DNA of 64,000 nucleotides from NCBI GenBank assembly GCA_022897995.1, contig GCA_022897995.1_4763.1; one strand, written 5' to 3'. The position numbers and the translations under genes were made by a program. This DNA is from a phage. Shown here piece by piece: positions 19,997 to 29,794 of this stretch (position 1 is the first letter of the stretch; each line of letters starts with the position of its first letter). The notes under the pieces are model-generated. The model saw only the letters and a list, made by a program, of their open reading frames with translations. It had not been told where the DNA came from and did no database searches.

Positions 19997-21136
19997 TTAA
20001 TCAACATCGAACTCTTTAAAGTTGTTGGATGTGATGTGTTTATTATCTCTAGGCAGTTTAAGAAGACTCATTACAGGGTTAGTAAAATCACCGTTATCCT
20101 GAATATGAGTTGTTCTAACACCATTAACACCAAATGAAGTAGGACCAGTAGTTTTGACGACTCCACTGATCGGCGTTATTAGTATGTTTCTAACCTTAAC
20201 AACACCTTCATTGGAGTTGGTTGGATATCTGATACAACCAGTTACTACACTATCAACTCCTTCCGGTACGGTATAGACGGCTTCAAACTTTTCCCATTGA
20301 TCTTTCTGGCTGGCATTATAACGAACGCCAGTTTGATATTGTCCATCAGTGAAGTAGTTGTGATAGAAACGCGCTGTTACGTTGGCTGCGGCTGCGGCAC
20401 TATCACGGAACAATTCAAAGGATATTGATAGTTTGTCACCTGCCTTTATGTTAAAATATTCAAGTGGTGCGCTGATCTCATCATGAGGCCATTGTATTAG
20501 CTCGAAATGTTCGGCATCTTCGCTAACATACTCGACCGGATAATCTAAAAATCGTTGTGGTGTTCCTGTGACCGCAAGATCATCTATAGTATCATAGACT
20601 TTCTCAATCTGTATAGACGAATCTTGCCCTTCTCCGTGAGTTGCTTGCATACCTTCACAAACAATTTTACCCATTTTAGTAGAATAAATTGCTGCATACG
20701 ATACACGAGGCATTTGCTGTAATAGAATATAATTAGGGAAAGACACAGATCCTAACTTAGCAAATATGCCATCACTTACAACATCTGCAAATAGTTCTCC
20801 ATGTGATGCCATTGCGATAATATAATCACCTTTCAGTAAAGAAAGATAATCACGCATTGCCAATACAGCACCACGACCATAGAATACCTTTTCTTCGTGC
20901 AATTGTCCAGTTGGAGTAAGAACTTTAAAGTTTAGGCCAGTCTCATAGCCAGTCCCGACGATCTCCACTCCATTAAATCTAATCCTTGCTGGTTTGGAAG
21001 AATCCGCATTAGATCCGCGCACTTCCAGCTTATACATCACAGAGTTGTTTTCTGAAATGCTTGTAAATGTCGCGGAGTCTTCGTCGAAATGCGCAAACTT
21101 AATTCCAGTATTGCGTAATTCTATCTCTTGTGTCAT
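19997..21136 (-). CDS. 35: long tail fiber hinge connector gp35
   Basis: 379 aa (T4 gp35 about 372 aa); sits between 34 and 36. Confidence 0.7.
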   Translation of the reverse strand: MTQEIELRNTGIKFAHFDEDSATFTSISENNSVMYKLEVRGSNADSSKPARIRFNGVEIVGTGYETGLNFKVLTPTGQLHEEKVFYGRGAVLAMRDYLSLLKGDYIIAMASHGELFADVVSDGIFAKLGSVSFPNYILLQQMPRVSYAAIYSTKMGKIVCEGMQATHGEGQDSSIQIEKVYDTIDDLAVTGTPQRFLDYPVEYVSEDAEHFELIQWPHDEISAPLEYFNIKAGDKLSISFELFRDSAAAAANVTARFYHNYFTDGQYQTGVRYNASQKDQWEKFEAVYTVPEGVDSVVTGCIRYPTNSNEGVVKVRNILITPISGVVKTTGPTSFGVNGVRTTHIQDNGDFTNPVMSLLKLPRDNKHITSNNFKEFDVD

Positions 21137-21171
21137 AATAACCCCATAGGGGGCTTTCGCCCCCCTTTTAA

Positions 21172-24100
21172 TTAGTCTTCCCAGATAAAATCTACGGTAC
21201 GAGTCAGATTATTGGCAATGATTTTAACATTACCAACCTTGATCCAGTCACGAACCGTCATAGAGTTCATTAAACCACCTTCGGCAACAACTGCCCCGAT
21301 TTCCTGAGCGGTAGGCTTGTTCTGTTTGGTGTAAATTTCGCCCCATGCGGTCCATTGACCATCTGTACCGGAACGGATATAATGCTTATGAGTACCATCA
21401 GGCGACCAGATTTGGGTAAGGCCGTTTTCATCAGTACCCCATTGCATCAATGTACCATTTTTCTTTTCTGGGTAGGTTTCTTTGATGTTTTGGGTCGTTA
21501 CTCGCATGTTCCAGAAGCCAATGTTACCAATTGCTGGTGCAGTAGTAGCGATCGCTTCATGCTTAACTGATACAATAGACGCGTTATCCATAATCAATTT
21601 ACCAGTCATTGTATCGCCAGCATTCTTAACAAACTGACGGTTGAGAACTTCGTCTGCGTTTCCTGCGTGGACGATCTGATATTTCTGTCCTGCGATCTCT
21701 GTAGTCAGATTCTGATAACCTGCTTTGATGTTAACACTTCCACCGTGACCGATATTCAACATACCATCAGGGGAACGAGTCATTGCCGGATTAGACTGAT
21801 CAACAATGTATAAACCGCCTTGTTTCGCATACAGGTTACGACCTGCAATAAAGTCTCGATATGCTGCCGCGTCGCCATTATGTTCCATAGCAAAGGCGTA
21901 ATGCTCAACAGATCCAGAATCGTCAATCTTACAGAAAGCGATAGCATCACTATTAACTGCTTGCGCCGTTCCAGTACCACCAACGATAAGAGACCATGAG
22001 TTTTCCATACCTTCTGACAAGGTTGTGCCATGCAGAGTAATTCCGGTGTGACCATCAACTCCACGCTCGCCCAATACCAGATGACCATTACTCGGATCAT
22101 CAGTTGAGTTCTTAGTCACAAAGAGAGTTTCAAAGGAACCGGATTTTAAGCACTCTAAATCGCCCTCTACGTTGACGTTTTTCTTAAAGGTGTAATTACT
22201 CTCGATGGTCTGGTCAATGTCTCTACGCGCCCATTTAGCGGCCTCTACGTTGCCCAACTTCAAACTATTCTGAGCGGTTGCCATCTTAGGTAAGAAATTA
22301 GCAAGTGTGTAGTTTAATCCTTTCGGAGTTACCGCAATCCCGTCATGCTGATATTCATCAAGCTCTTGAGTAGAACCTTGCAGATCGTCACCAACAAAAC
22401 AGTTTTCTTGTGTTGCTACTTTCAGGAATCCGCGACGGGCTTCCGTTGCTTGCCATGTTTCTTCTGTCTGCGCAACATACTTGAAGTTTTTAGGCGAAAT
22501 TGCTACGTTGTCCATAGTACCAGCGACGGTTTCGGCTTGAGTACCGACTCGGATAATACCTTCTTTACCCTCGGTGGCCTTTTTGCCTTGCAGCTTTTTA
22601 GGAGTAATGATCGTAGCGTCATCTTCTCCTGCGTCCGTAAGCTGACTAGTTGCAACTTTCGCGACGCCTTTTGTATCTTCGGTTGCATCAAGACCACTGA
22701 TCATGATACCCTGCCACAAGTCACCAGTAAGGTTAAGTCCTTGAGTCGGATCTACTTTCAAACGCTGTGCGTTCTCAAAGAAGGTTTTAATCTTCAATGG
22801 GGTAGAAATGCGAGCGTCGTCACGACCTGCGTCGAACTCTTCTTGAGTTGCAATTTCTGCTAAACCATGTAAAGTTTCCGTAGCACGGCGAGTATGCAGT
22901 TTTTTAGGTGTGATAATATGTTTATCACTTTGGCCTAAGTTAGTTTCTTCCTGCGTAGCAATTTCAGCGATACCAGTACGGGATTCGGTAGCAGTACGCT
23001 TGGTTAACGTGCGAGTGGTGATCAGCAATGCATCTTGCGGGGTTGATTCAGTAGCCCCTTGCACTTCCGCGTCAGTTGCCAGATACCCAACACCACGAGA
23101 AGTTTCAGTAGCTTTAACTTCGTTGATGTTTTGCGGAGTAACGATTTTAGCGTGGTCGTTGATGTTATAGATCCCCGTGCCAGCTTCACCCCTTCGAGCG
23201 GCAGCATTACCGCCTACCTGAACAATTTCAGCGATACCAGCAAGATCCTCGGACGCGCGACGTTCTTCTAACTTCTTAGGAGTGATTGCGCGAGTATCGT
23301 CTAAACCTTCGTTGGTTTCATGTTGAGTTGCAATTTCCATCACACCACGACGGTCTTCGGTAGCAACACAGTCATTTAACTTTTTAGGTGTAACGATAAC
23401 ATCATCCAGGAAGTTGGAACCAGTATCTTGATGCGTTTCCGCTTGAGTTGCAATGCGAGCAATACCGCGTCGAGTTTCGTTGGCTGTTTTATTGGCCAGA
23501 ACCTTTGGAGTCACCGCAACTTCGTCGCTAGGATCATCTTCATGGTTTTTGTTTGTTTCATCCTGGTTAGCCAGTGCAATTACACCAACTCGATCTTTAC
23601 GGGTAGGATCTACTCGTTCTACAATCGGGTGAGCATGTGCTACCAACCAGTGTTTCTTACCGTCATCACCTTCTGAATAAGAGAACTCCAGATAAGGTAC
23701 ATAATCATTTGCAGCGTTGAAAGACAATTCAGACACTTCCGTCCATGTATCGGTCCCATTGAATGGGTACTCGCTACGCTTAGGAAACTGAACCATGTTT
23801 TTCTGCATAAGAATTTTTGTATCTTCTGCGGCGGTAATGATTCGGCAGGTCTGGTTTCCGTGCATATACTGCATAGAAACTTGGATACGATCGCCAGGCT
23901 CGACGTTAGTCGGTAAGGTCAGAGTAACATCATGATCACCAAATACAGCAACATAGCTATTAGGAGATAGGCGAGTATCATCAATGATTGGATTCAAGCG
24001 AACCGACTGATCACCATCCCACACACGCCATAAGTTTTCCGGCTTGTCAAAGATGAATACACCATGACCGCTACGCTTACCAACAATTTCTTTTAACCCG

Positions 24101-24912
24101 AAAGTACCGATTGATTGTTCTTGCGCACCTTCATGCACTTTTACCGTAACATGGTTGGTTGCCGTCAATCCGTCAAGATCGGTAGTCTGGATCATATCAC
24201 CGTTATTAGCAAACTTAGGAAGCATCAAAACGATGTTACCTAAAGAACTACGACGGAATACCTGATCACCGTTTTGCATCTGAATCGGATCAATAGATGG
24301 TTGTGCATATACCCCGCGCGGCTCTGTTCCCGTCTGGTAAACGTGCCAGCGATTGCGAACAAAAATGAAGTAGTTCATTGCATAAGGGGTAGTACAATAC
24401 CATTTGCGGTTGTTTACCACACCGTTATGATAGAACTCATGACCAGCCGCAAGGAACGATAACTCATTAACACCGCACTTGCCACCGATATCTTTTACTG
24501 TTATAGTGTCGCCCTCTGCCGGATTAGTAGGCATTGAGAATGTCAAGTTTGCAAACTGACAGTCCGCTGCGATATAATCACCGGACTTTAAAGGAGTATC
24601 GCCGGAAGTTGCTGCAACATAATCCCAACGTGGGTCCGTGCGCAGTGCTTGCCATTTAGTCGGGTCAAAGTCACCTGCTGGTTTTGCGATATCTTCTTTT
24701 GCATAATACGGGCGGTTTTGATATATTGTAGTTCCGTATTGATCATAACCGCGAGTTGTGTCATACTGAGTAATACCATTATGGTAATTGAAAAATTCAA
24801 CGTTGACCGCATCCGTTGATGTGTTTTTATCTGCGTATGCTACATTGACGACCTTTTCATTACCAGCGTCAAAGCCAAATGTGGCCTTGAAATGTTGAGA
24901 AAAATCTGCCAT
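21172..24912 (-). CDS. 34: long tail fiber proximal subunit gp34
   Basis: 1246 aa (T4 gp34 about 1289 aa); internal repeats IATQAETH / IATQEETN / VATQENCF; follows rnh region as in T4. Confidence 0.8.
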   Translation of the reverse strand: MADFSQHFKATFGFDAGNEKVVNVAYADKNTSTDAVNVEFFNYHNGITQYDTTRGYDQYGTTIYQNRPYYAKEDIAKPAGDFDPTKWQALRTDPRWDYVAATSGDTPLKSGDYIAADCQFANLTFSMPTNPAEGDTITVKDIGGKCGVNELSFLAAGHEFYHNGVVNNRKWYCTTPYAMNYFIFVRNRWHVYQTGTEPRGVYAQPSIDPIQMQNGDQVFRRSSLGNIVLMLPKFANNGDMIQTTDLDGLTATNHVTVKVHEGAQEQSIGTFGLKEIVGKRSGHGVFIFDKPENLWRVWDGDQSVRLNPIIDDTRLSPNSYVAVFGDHDVTLTLPTNVEPGDRIQVSMQYMHGNQTCRIITAAEDTKILMQKNMVQFPKRSEYPFNGTDTWTEVSELSFNAANDYVPYLEFSYSEGDDGKKHWLVAHAHPIVERVDPTRKDRVGVIALANQDETNKNHEDDPSDEVAVTPKVLANKTANETRRGIARIATQAETHQDTGSNFLDDVIVTPKKLNDCVATEDRRGVMEIATQHETNEGLDDTRAITPKKLEERRASEDLAGIAEIVQVGGNAAARRGEAGTGIYNINDHAKIVTPQNINEVKATETSRGVGYLATDAEVQGATESTPQDALLITTRTLTKRTATESRTGIAEIATQEETNLGQSDKHIITPKKLHTRRATETLHGLAEIATQEEFDAGRDDARISTPLKIKTFFENAQRLKVDPTQGLNLTGDLWQGIMISGLDATEDTKGVAKVATSQLTDAGEDDATIITPKKLQGKKATEGKEGIIRVGTQAETVAGTMDNVAISPKNFKYVAQTEETWQATEARRGFLKVATQENCFVGDDLQGSTQELDEYQHDGIAVTPKGLNYTLANFLPKMATAQNSLKLGNVEAAKWARRDIDQTIESNYTFKKNVNVEGDLECLKSGSFETLFVTKNSTDDPSNGHLVLGERGVDGHTGITLHGTTLSEGMENSWSLIVGGTGTAQAVNSDAIAFCKIDDSGSVEHYAFAMEHNGDAAAYRDFIAGRNLYAKQGGLYIVDQSNPAMTRSPDGMLNIGHGGSVNIKAGYQNLTTEIAGQKYQIVHAGNADEVLNRQFVKNAGDTMTGKLIMDNASIVSVKHEAIATTAPAIGNIGFWNMRVTTQNIKETYPEKKNGTLMQWGTDENGLTQIWSPDGTHKHYIRSGTDGQWTAWGEIYTKQNKPTAQEIGAVVAEGGLMNSMTVRDWIKVGNVKIIANNLTRTVDFIWED

Positions 24913-24940
24913 TATTGGGTCTCCTTTTATAGTATGTTCA

Positions 24941-24948
24941 TATTTATA
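24941..24948 (-). promoter_or_regulatory. T4-type late promoter (TATAAATA)
   Basis: Minus-strand TATAAATA about 29 nt upstream of the gene 34 start, with SD AAGGAG between. Confidence 0.55.
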
Positions 24949-24984
24949 AAATAAGGCTTGATAGAAACAAAAGAGGATGATATT

Positions 24985-25170
24985 ATGGTTAAAGTTAATT
25001 TGTCAGACGGTGCAAAATGGGTAGTTGACAGAATCCCAGATAAGGATTATAATCATTTCCGTGCCGAATTAAACAATGCTATTCTGCGAGTTATGGAGAA
25101 ATACGGGTATGATCGTGAAGTATCTAGCTCGTTTGATGAGTCTGTTGTTGTGAGAGTGGAGAGAACTTAA
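24985..25170 (+). CDS. hypothetical protein
   Basis: ATG 24985 after GAGGATGATATT; the tracked frame starts at 24958. Confidence 0.4.
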   Translation: MVKVNLSDGAKWVVDRIPDKDYNHFRAELNNAILRVMEKYGYDREVSSSFDESVVVRVERT

Positions 25171-25172
25171 TT

Positions 25173-26120
25173 ATGACGTATAACCCGTTTACAAAAACTA
25201 CCGCTACACTTAATGATTTTTTTGATGACCCAGAAGATAAACTGCCGGAAGGTGTGCATTTGATTGATATGTCGCAGCTTATGATTGCTACTATCTCTCA
25301 TACATTTAAGCCGGAAGATCCGATTAATGAAGGTATGATCCGTCATCTTATCCTTGACACCATGCGTTATAATATGACAAAATTCAAAGAGCAATACCCG
25401 ATTACGGTACTTGCCTTTGACTCTAGCAAAGGTTACTGGCGACGTGATATCGCACCTTATTACAAGCGTAACCGTAAGGAAAAGCGAGACGCAGATCCGC
25501 GTGATTGGGATATGATCTTTGCGGCGATCAATAAGATCACCGAAGAGTTTAAAGAGAACATGCCTTATCACGTTATTAAGGTTGACAAAGTTGAAGCGGA
25601 TGATATAATCGCTGTGTTAACTAAAAAGTTTTCTGTAGAAGGTCGCCAGGTGCTAATCAACTCCGGCGATGGTGACTACACACAGTTACACAAATACAAA
25701 AATGTGAAACAGTGGGCGCCAGTACAGAAAGCATGGAAGAAGTGCAAATATGGTAGCCCATACAAAGACCTTATGGTAAAATGTGTTAAGGGTGACGCAA
25801 AAGACGGTGTAGCCTCTGTCAAATGTCGTAGTGATTTTATTATCTCTCGACTGGAAGGGGAACGGGCTAAACCAGTTGCAACCAAATGGTTAGAGCAAAT
25901 TTTCGATGCCGAAGATCCAAAGTCTTTGATGACAGAGGAAGAAGCACGACGCTTTGACGAAAACCGCGAACTTATTGATTTTGAATTTATTCCTGATAAC
26001 ATTGAGTATGAAATTTTGTTAGCATGGGAAAAATCTAAACCAGCACCACGCGGTAAAATTTATAACTATTTTGTAACAAATGCGTTAGTTAAAATGTTGC
26101 AGAAAATTGGTGAGTTCTAA
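25173..26120 (+). CDS. rnh: RNase H / 5'-3' exonuclease (FEN family)
   Basis: 315 aa (T4 RNase H about 305 aa); acidic FEN-type motifs; position between 34 and 59. Confidence 0.8.
   Translation: MTYNPFTKTTATLNDFFDDPEDKLPEGVHLIDMSQLMIATISHTFKPEDPINEGMIRHLILDTMRYNMTKFKEQYPITVLAFDSSKGYWRRDIAPYYKRNRKEKRDADPRDWDMIFAAINKITEEFKENMPYHVIKVDKVEADDIIAVLTKKFSVEGRQVLINSGDGDYTQLHKYKNVKQWAPVQKAWKKCKYGSPYKDLMVKCVKGDAKDGVASVKCRSDFIISRLEGERAKPVATKWLEQIFDAEDPKSLMTEEEARRFDENRELIDFEFIPDNIEYEILLAWEKSKPAPRGKIYNYFVTNALVKMLQKIGEF
25581..25610 (+). promoter_or_regulatory. candidate internal sigma70-like promoter inside rnh
   Basis: TTGACA 25581-25586, 16 nt spacer, TATAAT; could drive the downstream CYTH-like gene. 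Confidence 0.25.
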
Positions 26121-26130
26121 GGGTTGACAC

Positions 26131-26727
26131 ATGAAAGAACTTGAATTAAAATACTATGCACACTCACAGGAAGGTGTAGAAACAATCCATGATGTGTGGG
26201 TAGCAATGTATGACGGGTACAATCTCGTAGACCGTGATAACATACTAAAACACGAATTTTATTATGATACAGAAGACCATGCATTACGCAAAAAAGGAAT
26301 TTATGCACGACTTGACGTTTACAGGTCATTGGTCATGGTAAAAATTGGCGATAGTGAATCGGGACTCTTCAACCGAGAAGAAATTACTTTTTCAACAATG
26401 GATGATTTCTATCATTATGTTGATAGTCTGGGCGTTAACTCCGACCTTATTGTGCCTTTACTGCAAATAATGACACATCGCAAGTCATTGACTCTAGATA
26501 TGGGTTGTGGTATAGTGGAAATGTGCAAAGACACTTTCTATTATCGCAAAGTAGGCGAAAGAATGGGCGACGCTCACTATGAAATTGAGTTCGAGTTAAA
26601 ATCGGGTGATGAAAAAGCACTTGACATTATCCGAGAAATGATGCTAGAATATGTAGGTGATGACTTACGTCCTAGCGAAATATCAAAAGCTGAACGTGGT
26701 TTTCAATTAATGACTAAAGAGGGTTAA
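26131..26727 (+). CDS. CYTH-like (triphosphate tunnel metalloenzyme) domain protein
   Basis: N-terminal ELELKYY (ExExK signature) and C-terminal EIEFELK acidic pattern; 198 aa; inserted between rnh and dsbA. Confidence 0.45.
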   Translation: MKELELKYYAHSQEGVETIHDVWVAMYDGYNLVDRDNILKHEFYYDTEDHALRKKGIYARLDVYRSLVMVKIGDSESGLFNREEITFSTMDDFYHYVDSLGVNSDLIVPLLQIMTHRKSLTLDMGCGIVEMCKDTFYYRKVGERMGDAHYEIEFELKSGDEKALDIIREMMLEYVGDDLRPSEISKAERGFQLMTKEG

Positions 26728-26731
26728 TATT

Positions 26732-27007
26732 ATGGCTGAACAGAAAAAAGAAAAAGTAGTATTTGATGAAGCAGTACACGGAAATACCCTGGCACAACTG
26801 ATTAAAGAAGCCAGCGATCAGAAAACCATTCAAGAAGCATATGGCGATAAGATCAAAGAGATCAAACAGCGTGCTAAAGAAGAATTAGGCGTAGATGGTA
26901 AAATGTGGGGCATTCTGTTTAAACTGTATCACCAGCAACAGCGCGAAACCTTCGAAGCAGAACGCGACGAAGCGGTAGAACTCTATGATCGGGTGTTCAA
27001 TGCTTAA
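26732..27007 (+). CDS. dsbA: dsDNA-binding protein DsbA (late transcription enhancer)
   Basis: 91 aa (T4 DsbA about 89 aa); position between rnh and 33. Confidence 0.55.
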   Translation: MAEQKKEKVVFDEAVHGNTLAQLIKEASDQKTIQEAYGDKIKEIKQRAKEELGVDGKMWGILFKLYHQQQRETFEAERDEAVELYDRVFNA

Positions 27008-27254
27008 TGAACATGCGGTAAAAGCCGCGAATAAAACAGCAAACGGTCTTGCAATCGAAAAACTGGTTGTTGAAGAGGGATTGACTTATCTTGAAGCGAC
27101 AACGCAGTTTGTAGAGGAAAACTCTATAGAATATGGTCACTATCAGAAATATATTCCTGTGTCCATTATTGACAAGATCACACAAGAATGTATAGTAAAT
27201 AGAACGCTCAGGAAGGGAGTGATCGACGAACCGACCAACACTCTCGATATTTAA
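26985..27254 (+). CDS. 33: late transcription co-activator gp33
   Basis: 89 aa acidic protein directly upstream of gene 59; assigned by position. Confidence 0.5.
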   Translation: MIGCSMLNEHAVKAANKTANGLAIEKLVVEEGLTYLEATTQFVEENSIEYGHYQKYIPVSIIDKITQECIVNRTLRKGVIDEPTNTLDI

Positions 27255-27263
27255 GGGGTATGT

Positions 27264-27944
27264 ATGATCAGAAACCGTCTTCCTCCAGATCCAGATATGC
27301 GAATTAATGCTAAATCTGTGTATATGTTATATTGCATGATGAAAGCTCATATGAACGGGCGTTATGATTGCGTAAAATATAATTGGAGGATGCGGTTATC
27401 TGATGCCGCATTCAATAAACGCAGAGATAAGTATTATTTCGCAAAATTAGCGGAAAAGTACAATCTAAGAGAATTATACTTCCTATTCCTAAGCAATCTG
27501 GTAGCTAATACCGATGCATGGGTAGGTGAAATCACTGATGTTGACGCATACGGCTTTTATATGGAATACATAGGAAAGATAACCGATGCAGCAACAAGAT
27601 TTGACGATGACGTTAAAAGTCTGGTATACTTCTCAGAGAAACGCGGGGTTACTCTTAAAGAGCTAATTACATACAATCCCGCAACCGAAACTAGCGGTAT
27701 ATTTAAACTACTGCAAAATCGGATTATATCGTTTGAGTCGTTTATGTTGTTAGATAGCTTTCTAAATATAATCGACGAACACGACAAGGTAGCCAAAGAC
27801 TTGATTTGGCAAACTTATAGTGTTAAAATGAAGGCGTACAAGAAACTACTTGTTATTGACGCCGCAAAAGCAAGAGCATTATTTGTTAAAGTAGTTAAAG
27901 AGTGTAAAGAAATATCTCAATTAAAAGCCGAAACAAATAGTTGA
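27264..27944 (+). CDS. 59: helicase loader gp59
   Basis: 226 aa; near-colinear with T4 gp59 as recalled (KSVYxLY, KYNW, ISFExFxLLDSFLNIID). Confidence 0.9.
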   Translation: MIRNRLPPDPDMRINAKSVYMLYCMMKAHMNGRYDCVKYNWRMRLSDAAFNKRRDKYYFAKLAEKYNLRELYFLFLSNLVANTDAWVGEITDVDAYGFYMEYIGKITDAATRFDDDVKSLVYFSEKRGVTLKELITYNPATETSGIFKLLQNRIISFESFMLLDSFLNIIDEHDKVAKDLIWQTYSVKMKAYKKLLVIDAAKARALFVKVVKECKEISQLKAETNS

Positions 27945-27968
27945 CAAGTAAACTTAAATCTGTATAAT
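27940..27968 (+). promoter_or_regulatory. sigma70-like promoter upstream of gene 32
   Basis: TTGACA 27940-27945, 17 nt spacer, TATAAT 27963-27968. Confidence 0.5.
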
Positions 27969-28004
27969 AGTCTAGTAAATTAATCAAAAGAAGGAATAGT
28001 GAAT

Positions 28005-28946
28005 ATGTTTAAACGCCAAGATTCTTCCAAACTGCAAGCTCAACTGGCCGCACTGAAAGGTGGCAACGGTTTCTCCAAAGAAGATCCGAAAGAGTGGAAG
28101 ATTAAGACTGATGCAGCAGGTAACGGTGAAGCCCTGATTCGCTTCCTGCCGTCTAAGACAGAAGACGGTCTGCCGATTGTGAAACTGGTAAACCATTCCT
28201 TCAAAGTTAATGGAAAATGGTATTGGGAAAACTGCTCCAGCACCCACGGTGATTTTGATTCTTGCCCTGTGTGCAAATATATTAACGAAAAAGACCTGTA
28301 CAATACCGATAAAACAGAATGGCAACTGATTAAGCGTAAAGCGTCTTACTACGCAAACATTCTGGTACTGAAAGATCCTCAAGCACCAGAAAATGAAGGT
28401 AAGGTATTCAAATTCCGCTTCGGTCAGAAAATTTATGATAAGATCGTTGCGATGGTGAACGTGAATACCGACATGGGCGAAGTTCCGGTAGATGTAACTT
28501 GTGTGTTCTCTGGCGCTAACTTCCTCCTGAAAGCTAAGAAGGTTGATAAACACCAGAACTATGATGATTCTCGTTTCATGCAGCAATCACAGCTTCCGAA
28601 AATTGAAGACGAAGCATATCAGAAATATCTGATGGAAAACATGGTTGATCTGGGTGAAATTGTAGCACCGAGCCAGTTTAAACCGTTTGATGAACTGGAA
28701 ACCAAATTTAAGAAAACTATGGGCGTGTCTATGGTAGCGGGTGCTGCGGCTTCCAGTGCTGCGGCAGCGATTAACAGCCAGCTTGACGATTTTGATGCTC
28801 AGATGAATGCATTCGATGCTGGTATTACCGCAGCTAGCACGGCGGCAGATTCTTCCGCTGATGACCTGATGGCATCGCTGGATCTGGGTGGCGGTACTTC
28901 CTCCGCTTCTGATCTGGATGACCTGGATTCTCTGTTAGCGATGTAA
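28005..28946 (+). CDS. 32: single-stranded DNA-binding protein gp32
   Basis: MFKRQ...[13 protein letters not shown]...LIRFLPSK... nearly colinear with T4 gp32 as recalled; acidic C-terminal tail; start placed at ATG 28005. Confidence 0.95.
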   Translation: MFKRQDSSKLQAQLAALKGGNGFSKEDPKEWKIKTDAAGNGEALIRFLPSKTEDGLPIVKLVNHSFKVNGKWYWENCSSTHGDFDSCPVCKYINEKDLYNTDKTEWQLIKRKASYYANILVLKDPQAPENEGKVFKFRFGQKIYDKIVAMVNVNTDMGEVPVDVTCVFSGANFLLKAKKVDKHQNYDDSRFMQQSQLPKIEDEAYQKYLMENMVDLGEIVAPSQFKPFDELETKFKKTMGVSMVAGAAASSAAAAINSQLDDFDAQMNAFDAGITAASTAADSSADDLMASLDLGGGTSSASDLDDLDSLLAM

Positions 28947-28956
28947 TGAATTTTAC

Positions 28957-28983
28957 AGCCTCCCTTCGGGGAGGCTTTTTTAT
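28957..28983 (+). terminator. rho-independent terminator after gene 32
   Basis: AGCCTCCCcttcGGGGAGGCT hairpin followed by TTTTTTATT. Confidence 0.65.
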
Positions 28984-29008
28984 TGCCTAAAAATTTATGA
29001 AAAAGGTG

Positions 29009-29036
29009 TTGACATGTTGGCGAGGTAATGTATAAT
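29009..29036 (+). promoter_or_regulatory. sigma70-like promoter
   Basis: TTGACA 29009-29014, 16 nt spacer, TATAAT 29031-29036; leader contains ATCGAAAC. Confidence 0.5.
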
Positions 29037-29065
29037 GAACTAATCGAAACAACGGAGGATTAACA

Positions 29066-29395
29066 ATGTTTTTGAATGCTACCCTTTCCCAGAAAAGTGA
29101 TAAAATCGAACTTCTGTATGTCATTGCTGATGTAGACGTACAACGAAGAAATATAGATTTAAAAATTCACAAATATTATACTATGAGCGAATATCACGAA
29201 ATCGAGATCCCACATAGTGTGTATCCCGCATTATTGTTAGGAAAAGGAAATCTAAGTGAATATTCTTTGAAAGTCATCAAAGATTCTAAATCAATGCTTG
29301 CTCATATGGAAAAAGATTTTCTTGATGAAGTTTCCGCGCTAGTTATTAAACTGAAAGAAGAAACAGCACCGCTTTTCATGGAACAAAAAGGTTGA
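29066..29395 (+). CDS. hypothetical protein
   Basis: 109 aa ORF with SD GGAGGATTAACA. Confidence 0.45.
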   Translation: MFLNATLSQKSDKIELLYVIADVDVQRRNIDLKIHKYYTMSEYHEIEIPHSVYPALLLGKGNLSEYSLKVIKDSKSMLAHMEKDFLDEVSALVIKLKEETAPLFMEQKG

Positions 29396-29419
29396 CTCCG
29401 AACACAGATGATGTATAAT
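29392..29419 (+). promoter_or_regulatory. sigma70-like promoter
   Basis: TTGACT 29392-29397, 16 nt spacer, TATAAT 29414-29419. Confidence 0.5.
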
Positions 29420-29450
29420 ACAAACATCAAAACAAAGAGAGGATTATATT

Positions 29451-29780
29451 ATGTGGACAGTAGAACAAATCGTAGATGAAACAGTAAGTATTATCGCATG
29501 TGGCACTATTGAAGAATGCCTTAAAGCCGCTAACCGTGAATGTATTACGGTTTATGAAGCCCGTCGCGGTGATGGTACTGTGTTAACAAGCGACTATCGA
29601 TATGAACCAAAAATGATTACCTTTCGTTTTTGGGAAAATGGTGTTAATGTTGGGGTATCTCACTTAAAACGTTTTCGTGATTATTCTGACCGTTATTTCA
29701 TCACACCGGATAACGGTCAAGAATTTAAGACAGCAATCACCGAAGAAAATGTAAACGAAAACTTCTTTAAACTGATTTGA
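29451..29780 (+). CDS. hypothetical protein
   Basis: 109 aa ORF with SD GAGAGGATTATATT. Confidence 0.45.
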   Translation: MWTVEQIVDETVSIIACGTIEECLKAANRECITVYEARRGDGTVLTSDYRYEPKMITFRFWENGVNVGVSHLKRFRDYSDRYFITPDNGQEFKTAITEENVNENFFKLI

Positions 29781-29794
29781 CAGGAGATTATATT

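Noticed and set aside
21355-24462. Plus-strand ORFs inside tail fiber gene 34 (for example 22345..22863, 22910..23170)
   Set aside because: Antisense to a 1246 aa CDS with clear repeat structure; no start context and no recognisable motifs.
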